Shown here: positions 1-11,584 of the stretch, piece by piece | How positions within the stretch are numbered: the stretch's first letter is position 1 | Layout of the letters: each line of letters opens with the position of its first letter | Source: Myxococcota bacterium | GTDB lineage: Bacteria > Myxococcota_A > Polyangia > JBBTFH01 | Length of the DNA: 43,791 nt | Reading direction: 5' to 3' | Assembly: GCA_038041915.1 (NCBI GenBank) | Contig: JBBTFH010000022.1 | Location: 6,569 to 50,359, forward strand | Translations under genes and position numbers: made by a program | The notes under the pieces: generated by a model | What the model was told of the DNA's origin: nothing | What the model saw: only the letters and a program-made list of their open reading frames with translations | Databases searched by the model: none

Positions 1-243
1 CGCCACGGCGCCACGCTCGCGCGCGTCAAGCTCGGCGACGGCCTCGGCGCCATCGACGAGATCGTCGCCGCCGTCGTCCTCGATCCGCACGCGCCGGAGC
101 TGCGCGCGCTGCTGCGCGATCTGGTCGCCGCGAGCCCGGACCCCGCCGCCGCCCGCGCGCACCTCCATCGCGCCGCGGCGCCCCTCCCCGCGCGTCTGCG
201 CGGCGAGATCCTGGCGCTCGCGTCCGACGGAAAACCGCATTAA
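1..243 (+). CDS. 3' end of an unidentified protein-coding gene (partial, runs off the window start)
   Basis: Frame 1 is open from base 1 to TAA at 241-243, with strongly G/C-biased third codon positions (...GEILALASDGKPH*). No family recognised. Confidence 0.35.
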   Translation, partial: RHGATLARVKLGDGLGAIDEIVAAVVLDPHAPELRALLRDLVAASPDPAAARAHLHRAAAPLPARLRGEILALASDGKPH

Positions 244-256
244 GCTACGCGCCGTC

Positions 257-1408
257 GTGCCGCCGACCGTCCTGATGGTCTCGAAGCCAATCGCGCCGCC
301 GTGGAACGACAGTGGTAAGAACCTCGTGCGCGACCTCGCCCGTCACGGCTCGCGCTACGGGTACCGGCTGCTGACCACGCGCGCCTACGCCGAGGAGAAG
401 CGGCGCGCCCCGCCCAACGGCGCCTCACACCTGACGTGGGAACCGCTCTACCCGACGCGGGGCTCCTTTACGCCCGCGCTCGGCCAGAACCTGCGCGTGC
501 TCGCGCGTCTCCTGGCGCGTGACGACGCCGACATCCGCCACTTCTTTTTCGCGCCCAACCCGCGCACCGTGGCTGCCGCGCGCGTCGTGCAGCGGCTGCG
601 ACGGACGCGCACCGTGCAGACGGTGATGAGCGCGCCACGCGAGGGGTTGGCGCTGGCGAAGCTGCTGTTCGCCGATCGCATCGTGGCGCTCTCGGCGTGG
701 AGCCGAAGCCGACTGATCGACGCCGGCATCGACGCGGAGCGCATCGCGCTGATCCCGCCGGGGATCGCGCTCCCGCCGCGGTCGGCCGCGATTCCGCGGC
801 GTGACGCGGCATCGCGCGCGCGGCACGGTCTTGGCGCCGAGCCGGTCGTGCTCTTCGCCGGCGACTACGAGTTCTCCCACGCGGCGCGCACCCTGGCCGA
901 CGCGATCCCACTCGTCCTCGCGCGCGCCCGCGCCACGTTCCTCTTCGCGTGCCGCCTCAAGACGCCGGCCGCGCGCACTGCCGAAGCGCGCGTGCGCGAG
1001 CGCGTGCGCGCGAATGGCTCGGCCGCCCGGGTCGTCTTCCGCAACGACGTCGACGACATGCCCTCGCTGGCCGGGGCGTGCGACCTGTGCGTGATGCCCG
1101 CCGAGTCGCTGTACGCCAAGATGGATCTGCCGCTCGTGCTGCTCGAGGCGATGGCGCGCGGGACTCCGGTGGTGGTCGCCGGCGCCGGACCGCTCGGCGA
1201 GGTGGTGGCCGGCGGCGGCGGCGTGGCGGTGCCGCCGCGCGACCCGGCGGCGCTCGCGCGCGCCCTCGGCGACCTGCTCCTTGACGGCGACGCGCGCGCG
1301 CGGATGGGAGAGGAAGCACGGCGCGTGGCCGAGGCGCGCTTCGACGCGCGCGAGGCCGCGCGCCTGCACGAGGCGCTCTATGACGAGATGATGGAGATTC
1401 GGCAGTGA
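257..1408 (+). CDS. Glycosyltransferase, GT-B fold (GT4-like)
   Basis: GTG start at 257. C-terminal GT4-type block PAESLYAKMDLPLVLLEAMARGTPVVV. The stop overlaps the next start (GTGA). Confidence 0.85.
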   Translation: MPPTVLMVSKPIAPPWNDSGKNLVRDLARHGSRYGYRLLTTRAYAEEKRRAPPNGASHLTWEPLYPTRGSFTPALGQNLRVLARLLARDDADIRHFFFAPNPRTVAAARVVQRLRRTRTVQTVMSAPREGLALAKLLFADRIVALSAWSRSRLIDAGIDAERIALIPPGIALPPRSAAIPRRDAASRARHGLGAEPVVLFAGDYEFSHAARTLADAIPLVLARARATFLFACRLKTPAARTAEARVRERVRANGSAARVVFRNDVDDMPSLAGACDLCVMPAESLYAKMDLPLVLLEAMARGTPVVVAGAGPLGEVVAGGGGVAVPPRDPAALARALGDLLLDGDARARMGEEARRVAEARFDAREAARLHEALYDEMMEIRQ

Positions 1409-2118
1409 GCCTCAAGCGGCCGCAGGCCTACTACGACGAGTTTTCCAAGACCTACGACGACGGTCGCGACGACGGTTATCATCTGTTGGTCGACGAGCTC
1501 GAGAGCGCCATCGTGCAGCGTCACGTCCGCGCCGGCGGCCGCGTCCTCGAGATCGGATGCGGCACCGGCCTGATCCTCGAGCGGCTCGTGCGCCACGGGC
1601 GCGCCATCGGGGTCGACCTCTCGCGCGGCATGCTTCTCCGCGCCCATGCGCGCGGGCTCACGGTCGTGCAGGCGTCGGCGACAGCCTTGCCCTTCCGCGA
1701 CGGCGCGTTCGACACCGCGTGCTCGTTCAAGGTGCTCGCGCACGTCGAACGGATCCGCGACGCCACGGCCGAGGTCGCGCGCGTGCTCCGCTCCGGCGGC
1801 CACGCCGCGCTCGAGTTCTACAACCGGCTGAGCCTGCGCTACCTCACGTTCCGCCTGCGCCGCGGCGCGATCTCGCAACACACCACCGAGAAGGACGTCT
1901 ACGTCCGCTACGATCGCCTCGCCGACATGCGCGCCTACTTTCCGCCCGCGATGCGCATCGTTGACCTCCACGGGGTCCGAGTCGTCACACCGCACGCCGC
2001 GCTCTTGCGCGCGCCGCTGCTGCGAGGGCTCCTCGGCGCGCTCGAACGCCGCTGTGCGGATGCCCCGGTCGTCCGCCGCCTCGGCGGCTTCCTCGTGCTG
2101 GTCGCGCGGCGGGAGTAG
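1405..2118 (+). CDS. Class I SAM-dependent methyltransferase
   Basis: SAM motif I VLEIGCGTGLI followed by AIGVDLS and FDTACSFKVLAHV blocks. Translationally coupled to the upstream GT. Confidence 0.85.
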   Translation: MSLKRPQAYYDEFSKTYDDGRDDGYHLLVDELESAIVQRHVRAGGRVLEIGCGTGLILERLVRHGRAIGVDLSRGMLLRAHARGLTVVQASATALPFRDGAFDTACSFKVLAHVERIRDATAEVARVLRSGGHAALEFYNRLSLRYLTFRLRRGAISQHTTEKDVYVRYDRLADMRAYFPPAMRIVDLHGVRVVTPHAALLRAPLLRGLLGALERRCADAPVVRRLGGFLVLVARRE

Positions 2119-3588
2119 GTGCGGCGGCTCGTCCTCGCGTTGCCGATCGTGGCCGGAGCGACGGCGTACGCCAACGTGGCCGCGAACGGTTTCGTCCTCG
2201 ACGACGTCCACGTAATCCTCGAGAATCCCGCCGCCCGGCGCCTCGCCTCGCCGCTGCGGCTCCTCACCCCGATCGTGACGCCGGGCGGCGCGTTCTACCG
2301 GCCGCTCGGCGTCGGTCTCTTCGCCGTAGACCACGCGCTCTTCGGTTGTCGACCGTCCGGCTACCACCTCCTCAGCGCGCTTTTGCACCTGGTCGCGACC
2401 TTCCTCGTCGTCGCTCTGGGCACGCGTCTCGCGACGCGCGCGGCCGGCGGGCTGGGCGGCTTGATCTTCGCCGTGCATCCCGTGCACACCGAAGCGGTCA
2501 CGGCGATTGCCAATCGGTCGGAAGTGCTCGCCACGATCTTCCTCGCCTGGGCGCTTTTCGTGCACGCACGGCCGGGCCGCGTCGGCATGGCAAGGACGGT
2601 CGCGCTGAACGCGCTCTGCTTCCTGGCGCTGCTGTCCAAGGAGAGCGCGATCACGTTGCCACTCGCGTTGGCGGCCACGAGCTGGCTGGTCCGCAAGGAT
2701 TCGCCGCTGCTCGGCGCCGCGCGAGTCGCGCCGGCCGTGCTGCTGTACCTCGCCCTTCGCCACCACGCCCTCGGTTCGCTCGTCTATGATTCGCCGCTCG
2801 GCTACTTCACGGAGGAGAGCGTGGCCACGCGCGTGCTGACGGTCGCCACGCTGCTCCCGCGCTATGCGCTCCTGCTGATTTTCCCGCACCGCCTGTCCGC
2901 CGACTACTCCGCGCACGCCATCCCGACCGTCCACGGGCTCACGCCGCTCGTGATCGCCGGCTTCGCGTTCGGCGTGGCGGCGGCCGCCGCGGTCGTGGTG
3001 GCGCGCCGCCGCGCGCCCGTCGTCGCGCTCGGGCTCGCGCTGGCGCTGATCGCGCTGCTGCCCTATCTCCACTTCACGACGCTCGGCAGCGTCATGGCGG
3101 AGCGATTCCTCTACCTGCCGAGCGTGGGCTTCGCCATCGCCGTGGGTGCGGGCGGCGCGCACGCCGCCTCGCGGCTGCCGCGGCCCTTCCTCGCCTGGGC
3201 CGGCGCGTTGATCATCGCGAGCTGGTTCGCGATCCGCACGGCCGACCGCAACCGCGACTGGCGCGACGCGCGCACGCTGTGGGAAGCGACCGTCGAGACC
3301 ACGCCCGACAGCGCCTTCGCGCACGCCAACCTGGCGCTCGCGCTGCTGGCCGACGGGGAGGACCGGCGCGCCGCGGACGAGCTGCGGCGAGCGATCGACC
3401 TGGTTCCCGAGCATTGGCTCTTCCGCCTCGAGCTCGCACGCCTTCACCACTCCTCCGGAAGACACCGAGAGGAGCTCGATACGCTGGTGGAGGGCTATCG
3501 CGGCCCCGACACGGCGCCGCAGCTAATCGACCCCGCGCTGGCAGCCCTCGAGGAGATGCGCTCCGGCCCCGTCGACGAATGCCGGTGA
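2119..3588 (+). CDS. Polytopic membrane GT-C-type glycosyltransferase-like protein with C-terminal TPR repeats (TMTC/PMT_2-like)
   Basis: GTG immediately follows the upstream TAG. Many hydrophobic helices. N-terminal ANGFVLDDVHVILENP block. C-terminal TPR-like repeats (AFAHANLALALLADGEDRRAADELRRAI). Clear paralogue of 11585-13153. Confidence 0.75.
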   Translation: MRRLVLALPIVAGATAYANVAANGFVLDDVHVILENPAARRLASPLRLLTPIVTPGGAFYRPLGVGLFAVDHALFGCRPSGYHLLSALLHLVATFLVVALGTRLATRAAGGLGGLIFAVHPVHTEAVTAIANRSEVLATIFLAWALFVHARPGRVGMARTVALNALCFLALLSKESAITLPLALAATSWLVRKDSPLLGAARVAPAVLLYLALRHHALGSLVYDSPLGYFTEESVATRVLTVATLLPRYALLLIFPHRLSADYSAHAIPTVHGLTPLVIAGFAFGVAAAAAVVVARRRAPVVALGLALALIALLPYLHFTTLGSVMAERFLYLPSVGFAIAVGAGGAHAASRLPRPFLAWAGALIIASWFAIRTADRNRDWRDARTLWEATVETTPDSAFAHANLALALLADGEDRRAADELRRAIDLVPEHWLFRLELARLHHSSGRHREELDTLVEGYRGPDTAPQLIDPALAALEEMRSGPVDECR

Positions 3589-3594
3589 CGAGGC

Positions 3595-4809
3595 TCAGCC
3601 GGCGAGACGCGCCCCGTAGCGTCGCTCACCGAGCCCGACGAGCTCCTCGTACGCCGCCTCCGTGCGCGCGGCCACGCTCGGCCAGGAGAAGCACTTCTCG
3701 ACCAGGCGGCGCCCTCCCGCGCCCACGCGCTGCCTTAGCTCGGCGTCTTTCAGCAGCGCGATGAGCGTATCCACGATGCTTCGCGAAGAGCCCCGCTCGA
3801 TGAGCATCACGTTTTCGCCTGGCCGCAGCAGCCCTCGGCCGAACGCGTCCTGGTCGATGGATGAGACGACGGGAACGCCGGCGGCCATCGCCTCCATCGC
3901 CGCGATGCCCAGGCCCGGTCCGGAGCCGAGCCAGTGCGCCTCGATGGTCGCCGCCGAGAGATAGTCGCCGATCTGCTCGTGGGCGACGGCGCCCGCGAAG
4001 ATCACGCGCGACTCGAGACCGAGGCTTCGCGCCAACGCGATCGGCCGTTGCGTGTAGATGTCGCCAACGACCAGCATGCGCGCGTCGGGAACTTGCCGCA
4101 GAACCCCGGGCATGGCCGCGATGAGATCACAGCGATCACGCAGATTGTGGACATGTCCCACGGACAGAATGACCGGGCCTTCCCCGATTCCGTGACGGCG
4201 ACGCACCTCGAGTCCGCGCGATTCGCTGGTCGCCGGGGAATCGACGCCGTAGGGAATCTCCACCACGCGACGGTGCCGATAACGCCGCGCGATGTAGTCC
4301 ACGACTGTCCTGTCCGGCGCGACCAGCATGTCGGCGGGCTCGATGATGAGACGCCGCACGACCGTGCGATCGAGCGCGCCAAGAAGAGCGTGATACAGCG
4401 GCGTCGTGTGGTGCGCCGGCGTGTGAATCGTGTTGACGAGCGGCAGCCGCAGCTTGCGCGCGAGTCGCACCGAGATCAGCGCAAGATCGAAAATCTGGCC
4501 GTGTTGGTGCAGGAGGTCGAATCGCTTGTCGCGACACAGGGCTTCGACGCGCCTCAGGTTGCCCGGAGTCAGAGTGAAGGAGAGGTGGCGAAAGCCGTGC
4601 GCGATCTGCATGCGCGGCAGCATGCGGCAAGACAAGCGATGGATCTCGACGCCGTGTCGGGTCTCGACGCTCGGCGCATCGACCGCCCGCGCCGACACCA
4701 CGGTCACGTCATGGCCGCGCGCCGCCAGTGTCTTCGAGAGCGCGTACGTGAAGTGCGAAGATCCGCTCGGAATCGGCGGAAAGAGGTTGTTGAGCATGCA
4801 GATGCGCAT
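3595..4809 (-). CDS. Glycosyltransferase, GT-B fold (GT4-like)
   Basis: ATG 4809 (MRICMLNNLFPPIPSGSSHF...). C-terminal block GLGIAAMEAMAAGVPVV. Confidence 0.85.
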   Translation of the reverse strand: MRICMLNNLFPPIPSGSSHFTYALSKTLAARGHDVTVVSARAVDAPSVETRHGVEIHRLSCRMLPRMQIAHGFRHLSFTLTPGNLRRVEALCRDKRFDLLHQHGQIFDLALISVRLARKLRLPLVNTIHTPAHHTTPLYHALLGALDRTVVRRLIIEPADMLVAPDRTVVDYIARRYRHRRVVEIPYGVDSPATSESRGLEVRRRHGIGEGPVILSVGHVHNLRDRCDLIAAMPGVLRQVPDARMLVVGDIYTQRPIALARSLGLESRVIFAGAVAHEQIGDYLSAATIEAHWLGSGPGLGIAAMEAMAAGVPVVSSIDQDAFGRGLLRPGENVMLIERGSSRSIVDTLIALLKDAELRQRVGAGGRRLVEKCFSWPSVAARTEAAYEELVGLGERRYGARLAG

Positions 4810-4820
4810 CGGCGGAACTC

Positions 4821-4853
4821 GATGATAGCAAGGCTCGCCGCTGCGGTATCATC
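4821..4853. promoter_or_regulatory. Inverted repeat GATGATA-N19-TATCATC in the 51-bp divergent gap between the GT gene and the sigma-54 regulator gene
   Basis: Arms at 4821-4827 and 4847-4853 are exact reverse complements. This is the only non-coding DNA between two divergent starts (4809 and 4861). Confidence 0.3.
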
Positions 4854-4860
4854 GACTCGA

Positions 4861-6288
4861 ATGAGCCTGGAGCCGACGCCGATCACCGGGCGTGTCCTCG
4901 TCGTCGATGACGAGCCGAGCCTGCGCGAGTTCCTGTCCATCTGCTTGCGCCGCGCCGGCCACGAGGTCGAGACGGCGGCAAGCGCCCGCGCCGCCATCGC
5001 ACGGCTCGAAGCCGACCCCTTCGATCTGATCATCACCGACCTGCGCATGGAGGAGGACCTCGGCGGGCTCGACGTGCTCCGCCACGCGCGCGATCGGTCG
5101 CCGCCGGCGGAAGTGCTGGTCGTGACCGCCTACGCGACGCCCGAGTCGGCGGTCACGGCGCTCAAGGACGGCGCCTACGACTACCTGACCAAGCCGTTCC
5201 GCGTCGACGACGTGCTTCACGGCGTCGCGCGCGCGCTCGAGCGCCGAACGCTCGTGCGCGAAAACGTCGCGCTCCGGCGCGAGATCGAGTCGCGCCAGGG
5301 CCTCGATCGCATGGTCGGCAAGTCGCCGGCGATCCGTCGCGTCTTCGAGCTCGTGCGCAAGGTCGCCGCCGCCCGGACCAACGTGCTGCTCCTCGGCGAG
5401 TCCGGCACCGGCAAGGACATGGTCGCGCGCGCCCTTCACACGCTCAGCCCTCGCGCGGAGGGGCCTTTCGTCGCCGTCAACTGCGGAGCGATCCCCGACG
5501 CGCTGCTCGAATCGGAGCTGTTCGGCCACGTCAAGGGCTCCTTCACCGGCGCCGTCTCGCACCACGAGGGGCTCTTCGTCGCGGCCCGCGGCGGCACGCT
5601 CTTTCTCGACGAGGTCGCCGAGTTGCACCTCTCCATGCAGGTCAAGCTCCTCCGGGCGCTTCAGGAGCGCCGCGTGAAGCCCATAGGCGGCGTCAACGAG
5701 CGCGAGGTGGACGTGCGGATCATCGCGGCCACCAACCGCGATCTCGCGCTCGCCGTCGAGGAAGGGCGCTTTCGGGAAGACCTCTACTACCGCCTCAACG
5801 TCATCACGGTCCACCTGCCGCCGCTGCGCGACCGCCGCGAGGACATCCCGTTGCTGGTCGAGACGTTCCTCCGTCGCTACGCCGCCGAGCAGAAGAGGAG
5901 CGGCCTGGGCGTGAGCCCCGAGGCGCTGCAGCTCCTCTGCCGCCGCCATTTTCCCGGGAACGTGCGCGAGCTCGAGAATCTGGTCGAGCGCGCCGTCACG
6001 CTCTCCTCCGGAGCGGTCATCGAGGCCGAGCTGTTCGCCGATCTCGGCGGTCCGCGCGCAGTCCGCTCCGCCTGGCCCGATCTCTCGGCCGACGGCGTCG
6101 ACCTCGACGCGCTGGTGGGCGAGCTCGAGCGCGATCTGCTCTGCCAGGCGCTCGAGCGTGCGAGCGGCGCACGCGCCGAAGCGGCGCGCCTCCTCGGCAT
6201 CACGCTGCGCTCGCTGCGGTATCGACTCGACAAGCACGGCATCGGGTCCGCCGAGGACGACAGCCCAAGCGAAGCCGAAAGACCCTAG
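4861..6288 (+). CDS. Sigma-54-dependent response regulator (NtrC/PilR-type bacterial enhancer-binding protein)
   Basis: Track ORF 3934-6288 trimmed to ATG 4861, because the upstream part is antisense to the GT gene. Receiver domain ([14 protein letters not shown]...[11 protein letters not shown]). AAA+ domain ([19 protein letters not shown]). C-terminal Fis-type HTH ([21 protein letters not shown]). Confidence 0.9.
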   Translation: MSLEPTPITGRVLVVDDEPSLREFLSICLRRAGHEVETAASARAAIARLEADPFDLIITDLRMEEDLGGLDVLRHARDRSPPAEVLVVTAYATPESAVTALKDGAYDYLTKPFRVDDVLHGVARALERRTLVRENVALRREIESRQGLDRMVGKSPAIRRVFELVRKVAAARTNVLLLGESGTGKDMVARALHTLSPRAEGPFVAVNCGAIPDALLESELFGHVKGSFTGAVSHHEGLFVAARGGTLFLDEVAELHLSMQVKLLRALQERRVKPIGGVNEREVDVRIIAATNRDLALAVEEGRFREDLYYRLNVITVHLPPLRDRREDIPLLVETFLRRYAAEQKRSGLGVSPEALQLLCRRHFPGNVRELENLVERAVTLSSGAVIEAELFADLGGPRAVRSAWPDLSADGVDLDALVGELERDLLCQALERASGARAEAARLLGITLRSLRYRLDKHGIGSAEDDSPSEAERP

Positions 6289-6360
6289 TGCCGCGCGGCC
6301 GATCCGAAGGCATTTGACACCCGGATGCGCCGGCGCGTAACGTTTTGTGCGGAGGTTTCA

Positions 6361-6897
6361 GTGAAAAGCGAGCGCGGCGTGACGCTGATCGAGTTGATGG
6401 TGGTCATCGTCATCGTCGGCCTGCTCGCGGCCGTGGCGACGGTCGGGTACGAGCGTTACCGCAAGCGGGCGCTGGCGAGCGAAGCGCAGGCCAACCTCGC
6501 GCTCATCGCGGTGTCCCAGGAAGCCTACAAGGCCGAGATCGGCTCCTACGCCAACGTCAATTCGCCCAACCCCGCCGCGCTCCCGCCATGCGGATCGAGA
6601 CGCGGCCAGTGGAGCACCGCCATCGCGACCTGGAACCAGCTCGGGTGGCGCCCGGAAAATTCGAACGTCGCCTTCCAGTACGACACGTGGGCCGGGGTCG
6701 GTGCGGGCGCTCCGGCCTGGGCGGCTCCCCCGCCTGCGCCTGGCAACTTCCCCTGCTTTCCGACGACGGCTCTGCAACTGGCACGCGGCTGGTTCGCCGC
6801 GACGGCCACCGCGGACCTCGCGTGCGGCGGCGTGAACACCGAATACCGCGCGGTCCATTGCACGAGCACGCTGGTCCCGCTGAACGAGTTCGAGTAG
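6361..6897 (+). CDS. Prepilin-type N-terminal cleavage/methylation domain protein (pilin or pseudopilin-like)
   Basis: GTG 6361 preceded by GGAGG. Leader VKSERG then VTLIELMVVIVIVGLLAAVA with Glu at +5. Four Cys in the C-terminal half. Ends ...NEFE. Confidence 0.8.
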   Translation: MKSERGVTLIELMVVIVIVGLLAAVATVGYERYRKRALASEAQANLALIAVSQEAYKAEIGSYANVNSPNPAALPPCGSRRGQWSTAIATWNQLGWRPENSNVAFQYDTWAGVGAGAPAWAAPPPAPGNFPCFPTTALQLARGWFAATATADLACGGVNTEYRAVHCTSTLVPLNEFE

Positions 6898-6991
6898 CTC
6901 TCGGGACAATTTTCGGCCCACGAGCGACGAATTTCAGCCCCCACAACCCACTGCGTGTCAGCAGATACGACTACTTAGACTCTCTCAAAAG

Positions 6992-7007
6992 CGGCATGTT
7001 TCTTGCT
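6992..7007 (+). promoter_or_regulatory. Sigma-54 (-24/-12) promoter upstream of the first PilA-type pilin
   Basis: cGGCATG-tttc-TTGCT. GG at 6993-6994 and GC at 7005-7006 sit in the exact register of the consensus TGGCACG-N4-TTGCW. It lies in an AT-rich gap about 55 nt upstream of ATG 7062. Confidence 0.6.
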
Positions 7008-7061
7008 ACTAACTCTATCCAACGCAATCAGCCCCACACCGGGGCGGGAGGAGGAGTCAGC

Positions 7062-7604
7062 ATGATTTCAAGAATGAGATCACGAATTACGTCGGGCTTC
7101 ACGCTGATCGAGTTGATGATCGTCGTGGCCATCATCGGAATCCTGGCCGCGGTGGCGATCCCCGCCTTCGTGCGCTACATCCGGCGCGCCAAGACGGCCG
7201 AGCCGACCGAGGCCCTGGACAAGATTTCGGGCGGGGCGAAGGTCTATTTCCAGGCCGAGCACGTGAACACGAACGCCATACTCTTGGCCCGGCAGTTCCC
7301 GACCAGCGCCGACCCGAATCCGGCCACCGACTGCGCCTCTGCCCCGGGTGACAAGTGCTCGTCGACATGGACCGGCTCCACTTGGCAGTCGCTCTCGTTC
7401 GCGCTCGAGAACAACCACTACTATCAGTATCAGTTCTTGACCACCGCGGCGACCGACACCTCGGCCATTTTCACGGCGTTTGCCCTCGGCAACCTCGACG
7501 GCGACGCGGTCAGCGCGACCTATCGCCGCACCGCCAGCGTGACGCTCGAGGGCGAGGTCAACGTCGGCGGCGTGATCATCGAGACGGATCGGGAGATCGA
7601 GTAG
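7062..7604 (+). CDS. pilA: Type IV pilin, PilA-like (copy 1)
   Basis: ATG 7062 preceded by GGGAGGAGGAG. Leader MISRMRSRITSG then FTLIELMIVVAIIGILAAVAIPAF (class III signal, Glu5). Full-length paralogue of 8530-9111. Ends ...REIE. Confidence 0.85.
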   Translation: MISRMRSRITSGFTLIELMIVVAIIGILAAVAIPAFVRYIRRAKTAEPTEALDKISGGAKVYFQAEHVNTNAILLARQFPTSADPNPATDCASAPGDKCSSTWTGSTWQSLSFALENNHYYQYQFLTTAATDTSAIFTAFALGNLDGDAVSATYRRTASVTLEGEVNVGGVIIETDREIE

Positions 7605-7627
7605 CCGTTGAACCTTCCGCATCGGAC

Positions 7628-7669
7628 CAGGGCGCCGATCATGATGGTCGGCGCCCTGTCTTTCTTTCC
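7628..7669 (+). terminator. Intrinsic terminator or attenuator hairpin directly after pilA copy 1
   Basis: Perfect 11-bp stem CAGGGCGCCGA/TCGGCGCCCTG (7628-7638 and 7648-7658) with a 9-nt loop TCATGATGG, followed by TCTTTCTTTCC. Confidence 0.65.
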
Positions 7670-8540
7670 GGTGCTCCTTTCGGCGCGTTCCGATCTCGCC
7701 GCACGACACGACGGGGCGCGCCTTCGGGCGCCGGACACGCGCTACGGCGTCTCGCGCAAGGCCATCGTCCCCATGTCGCTTCGTTTCCGTGAGGCGTCGG
7801 CGGATCTGCTGTGGGTTCGCACCCTGCTCTACTTCGGCTCATCGAGCGAGCGGCGGCTCCCGCCCAAGCACATCTCGCAGCATTTCGACGATGTCTTCGA
7901 GCTCGACCCCTATTTCCAAAAACCCTACCGGACGGCCGCCTTCCTGGCGCTGCTGGAGCCCGGTCCGCGTGACGCCGTCGTTCGCAAGGCCATCGGCTAC
8001 CTCGAACGCGGCGAGCGCGCTTTTCCGGATGACTGGCAGTTTCCCTTTTACGCCGGCTCGCTCTACTTGAACGACATGCCGGCGCGGGGCCCCGAAGAGC
8101 GCCGTCGGTGGCGTGCGATGGCGGCCGAGCATATTCGCCGAGCCACCACGCTCGGCGTGGGCCACGGCGCCCCCGACTGGCTGCCCACACTCGCGGCGAC
8201 ACTCTTCACGGAGCTCGGACGACGCGAAATGGCCGTCCGGCAGCTCGAGGAGTCGCTTCTGGCCGCCCCGGACGAGCCGACGCGCGCGAAGATCGAGGCC
8301 AAGCTGGCCCACCTCCGCAACTGGGTCGAGGCCGAGCGCGCGGCCGAGGCCGTCCGCGTTCTCCTCGATCGGCGGCGCCGGGCGTTTCCCTACGCGCCGG
8401 TGGATCTGTTCGTGCTGCTGGGCGACCGGCCCCCCGCGCGACCGATCGACCCGTGGCCGCTGGCGGGCGACCCGGATCGTGCCATGGCCGCGCCCGCCGA
8501 GGATAGAGACGCTGAAGGGAGCATCGACCATGCCGACTAG
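7641..8540 (+). CDS. Hypothetical helical (TPR-like) protein encoded between the two pilA paralogues
   Basis: Track ORF 7608-8540. I prefer ATG 7641 (MMVGALSFFPVLLSA, signal/TM-like); ATG 7773 is the alternative. Good third-position GC. The 3' end overlaps the next pilin start by 11 nt. No family recognised. Confidence 0.6.
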   Translation: MMVGALSFFPVLLSARSDLAARHDGARLRAPDTRYGVSRKAIVPMSLRFREASADLLWVRTLLYFGSSSERRLPPKHISQHFDDVFELDPYFQKPYRTAAFLALLEPGPRDAVVRKAIGYLERGERAFPDDWQFPFYAGSLYLNDMPARGPEERRRWRAMAAEHIRRATTLGVGHGAPDWLPTLAATLFTELGRREMAVRQLEESLLAAPDEPTRAKIEAKLAHLRNWVEAERAAEAVRVLLDRRRRAFPYAPVDLFVLLGDRPPARPIDPWPLAGDPDRAMAAPAEDRDAEGSIDHAD

Positions 8541-9111
8541 CCCTGCGTCGACCGAGCCAAACGAGGTTGGGGACGTCGGCGGTTTCACGCTGATCGAGAT
8601 GATGGTGGTGGTCGTAATCATCGGCCTGCTCGCGTCCGTCGCAGTCCCCGCGTACGTTCGCTACATGCGCCGGGCGAAGACGACGGAGGTCAGCGAGGCG
8701 CTCGACAAGATCTCGAGCGGCGCGCGCGTCTACTTCCAGGTGCCGCACATCGATCCGGCGACGGGAGCGACGCTTCCGCGGCAGTTTCCCGATTCGGAGG
8801 CGCTCACGCCCACTACGGGCGCGTGCTGCACTCCGCCGGGCGAACGCTGCTCCGCCGACGGCGCGAACTGGACGACGGCGCCGTGGACCTCGCTCTCCTT
8901 CAGCCTCGAGGGACCGCACTACTACCAGTACCAGTTTGTTTCGGTGGGCACGGATCTGGCGGGAACCTTCACGGCCATCGCGGTGGGTAATCTCGACTGC
9001 GATACCGTCGAGGCGACCTTCCAGCGCCGCGGTCGAGCCATCGACGAAGAAGGGCGCGTCCAGGTGGTCGAGCGGCAGGTCCTGGGCGGCGCGCACATGG
9101 AGATTGAGTAG
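8530..9111 (+). CDS. pilA: Type IV pilin, PilA-like (copy 2)
   Basis: ATG 8530 within track ORF 8113-9111. Leader MPTSPASTEPNEVGDVGG then FTLIEMMVVVVIIGLLASVAVPAY. Shares LDKISxGAxVYFQ, W(Q/T)SLSF, HYYQYQF and GNLD blocks with copy 1. Ends ...HMEIE. Confidence 0.85.
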   Translation: MPTSPASTEPNEVGDVGGFTLIEMMVVVVIIGLLASVAVPAYVRYMRRAKTTEVSEALDKISSGARVYFQVPHIDPATGATLPRQFPDSEALTPTTGACCTPPGERCSADGANWTTAPWTSLSFSLEGPHYYQYQFVSVGTDLAGTFTAIAVGNLDCDTVEATFQRRGRAIDEEGRVQVVERQVLGGAHMEIE

Positions 9112-9124
9112 GCTTTGAGCCGGG

Positions 9125-11512
<2,388 letters not shown>

Positions 11513-11584
11513 GGCTTATACGGCCTCAGTGGCTCACGCATGATCCGCGAGGCGTTTCGGGGGTACGCGAGACGGCGTTGGCAG

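Noticed and set aside
1378-3465. 695-aa minus-strand ORF
   Set aside because: It is antisense to the methyltransferase and GT-C genes. The translation is Arg/Glu/Asp/Gly-rich with no TM or catalytic motifs.
3934-4860. Long N-terminal extension of the sigma-54 regulator ORF (the track gives 3934-6288)
   Set aside because: The extension is antisense to the well-supported GT4 gene 3595-4809 and has no receiver-domain homology. The receiver domain starts right after ATG 4861.
6314-6343. TTGACA-18 nt-TAACGT sigma-70-like promoter upstream of the first prepilin-type gene
   Set aside because: The -35 is perfect, but the -10 matches only 3 of 6 positions and the spacer is long. This is not enough to call a feature.
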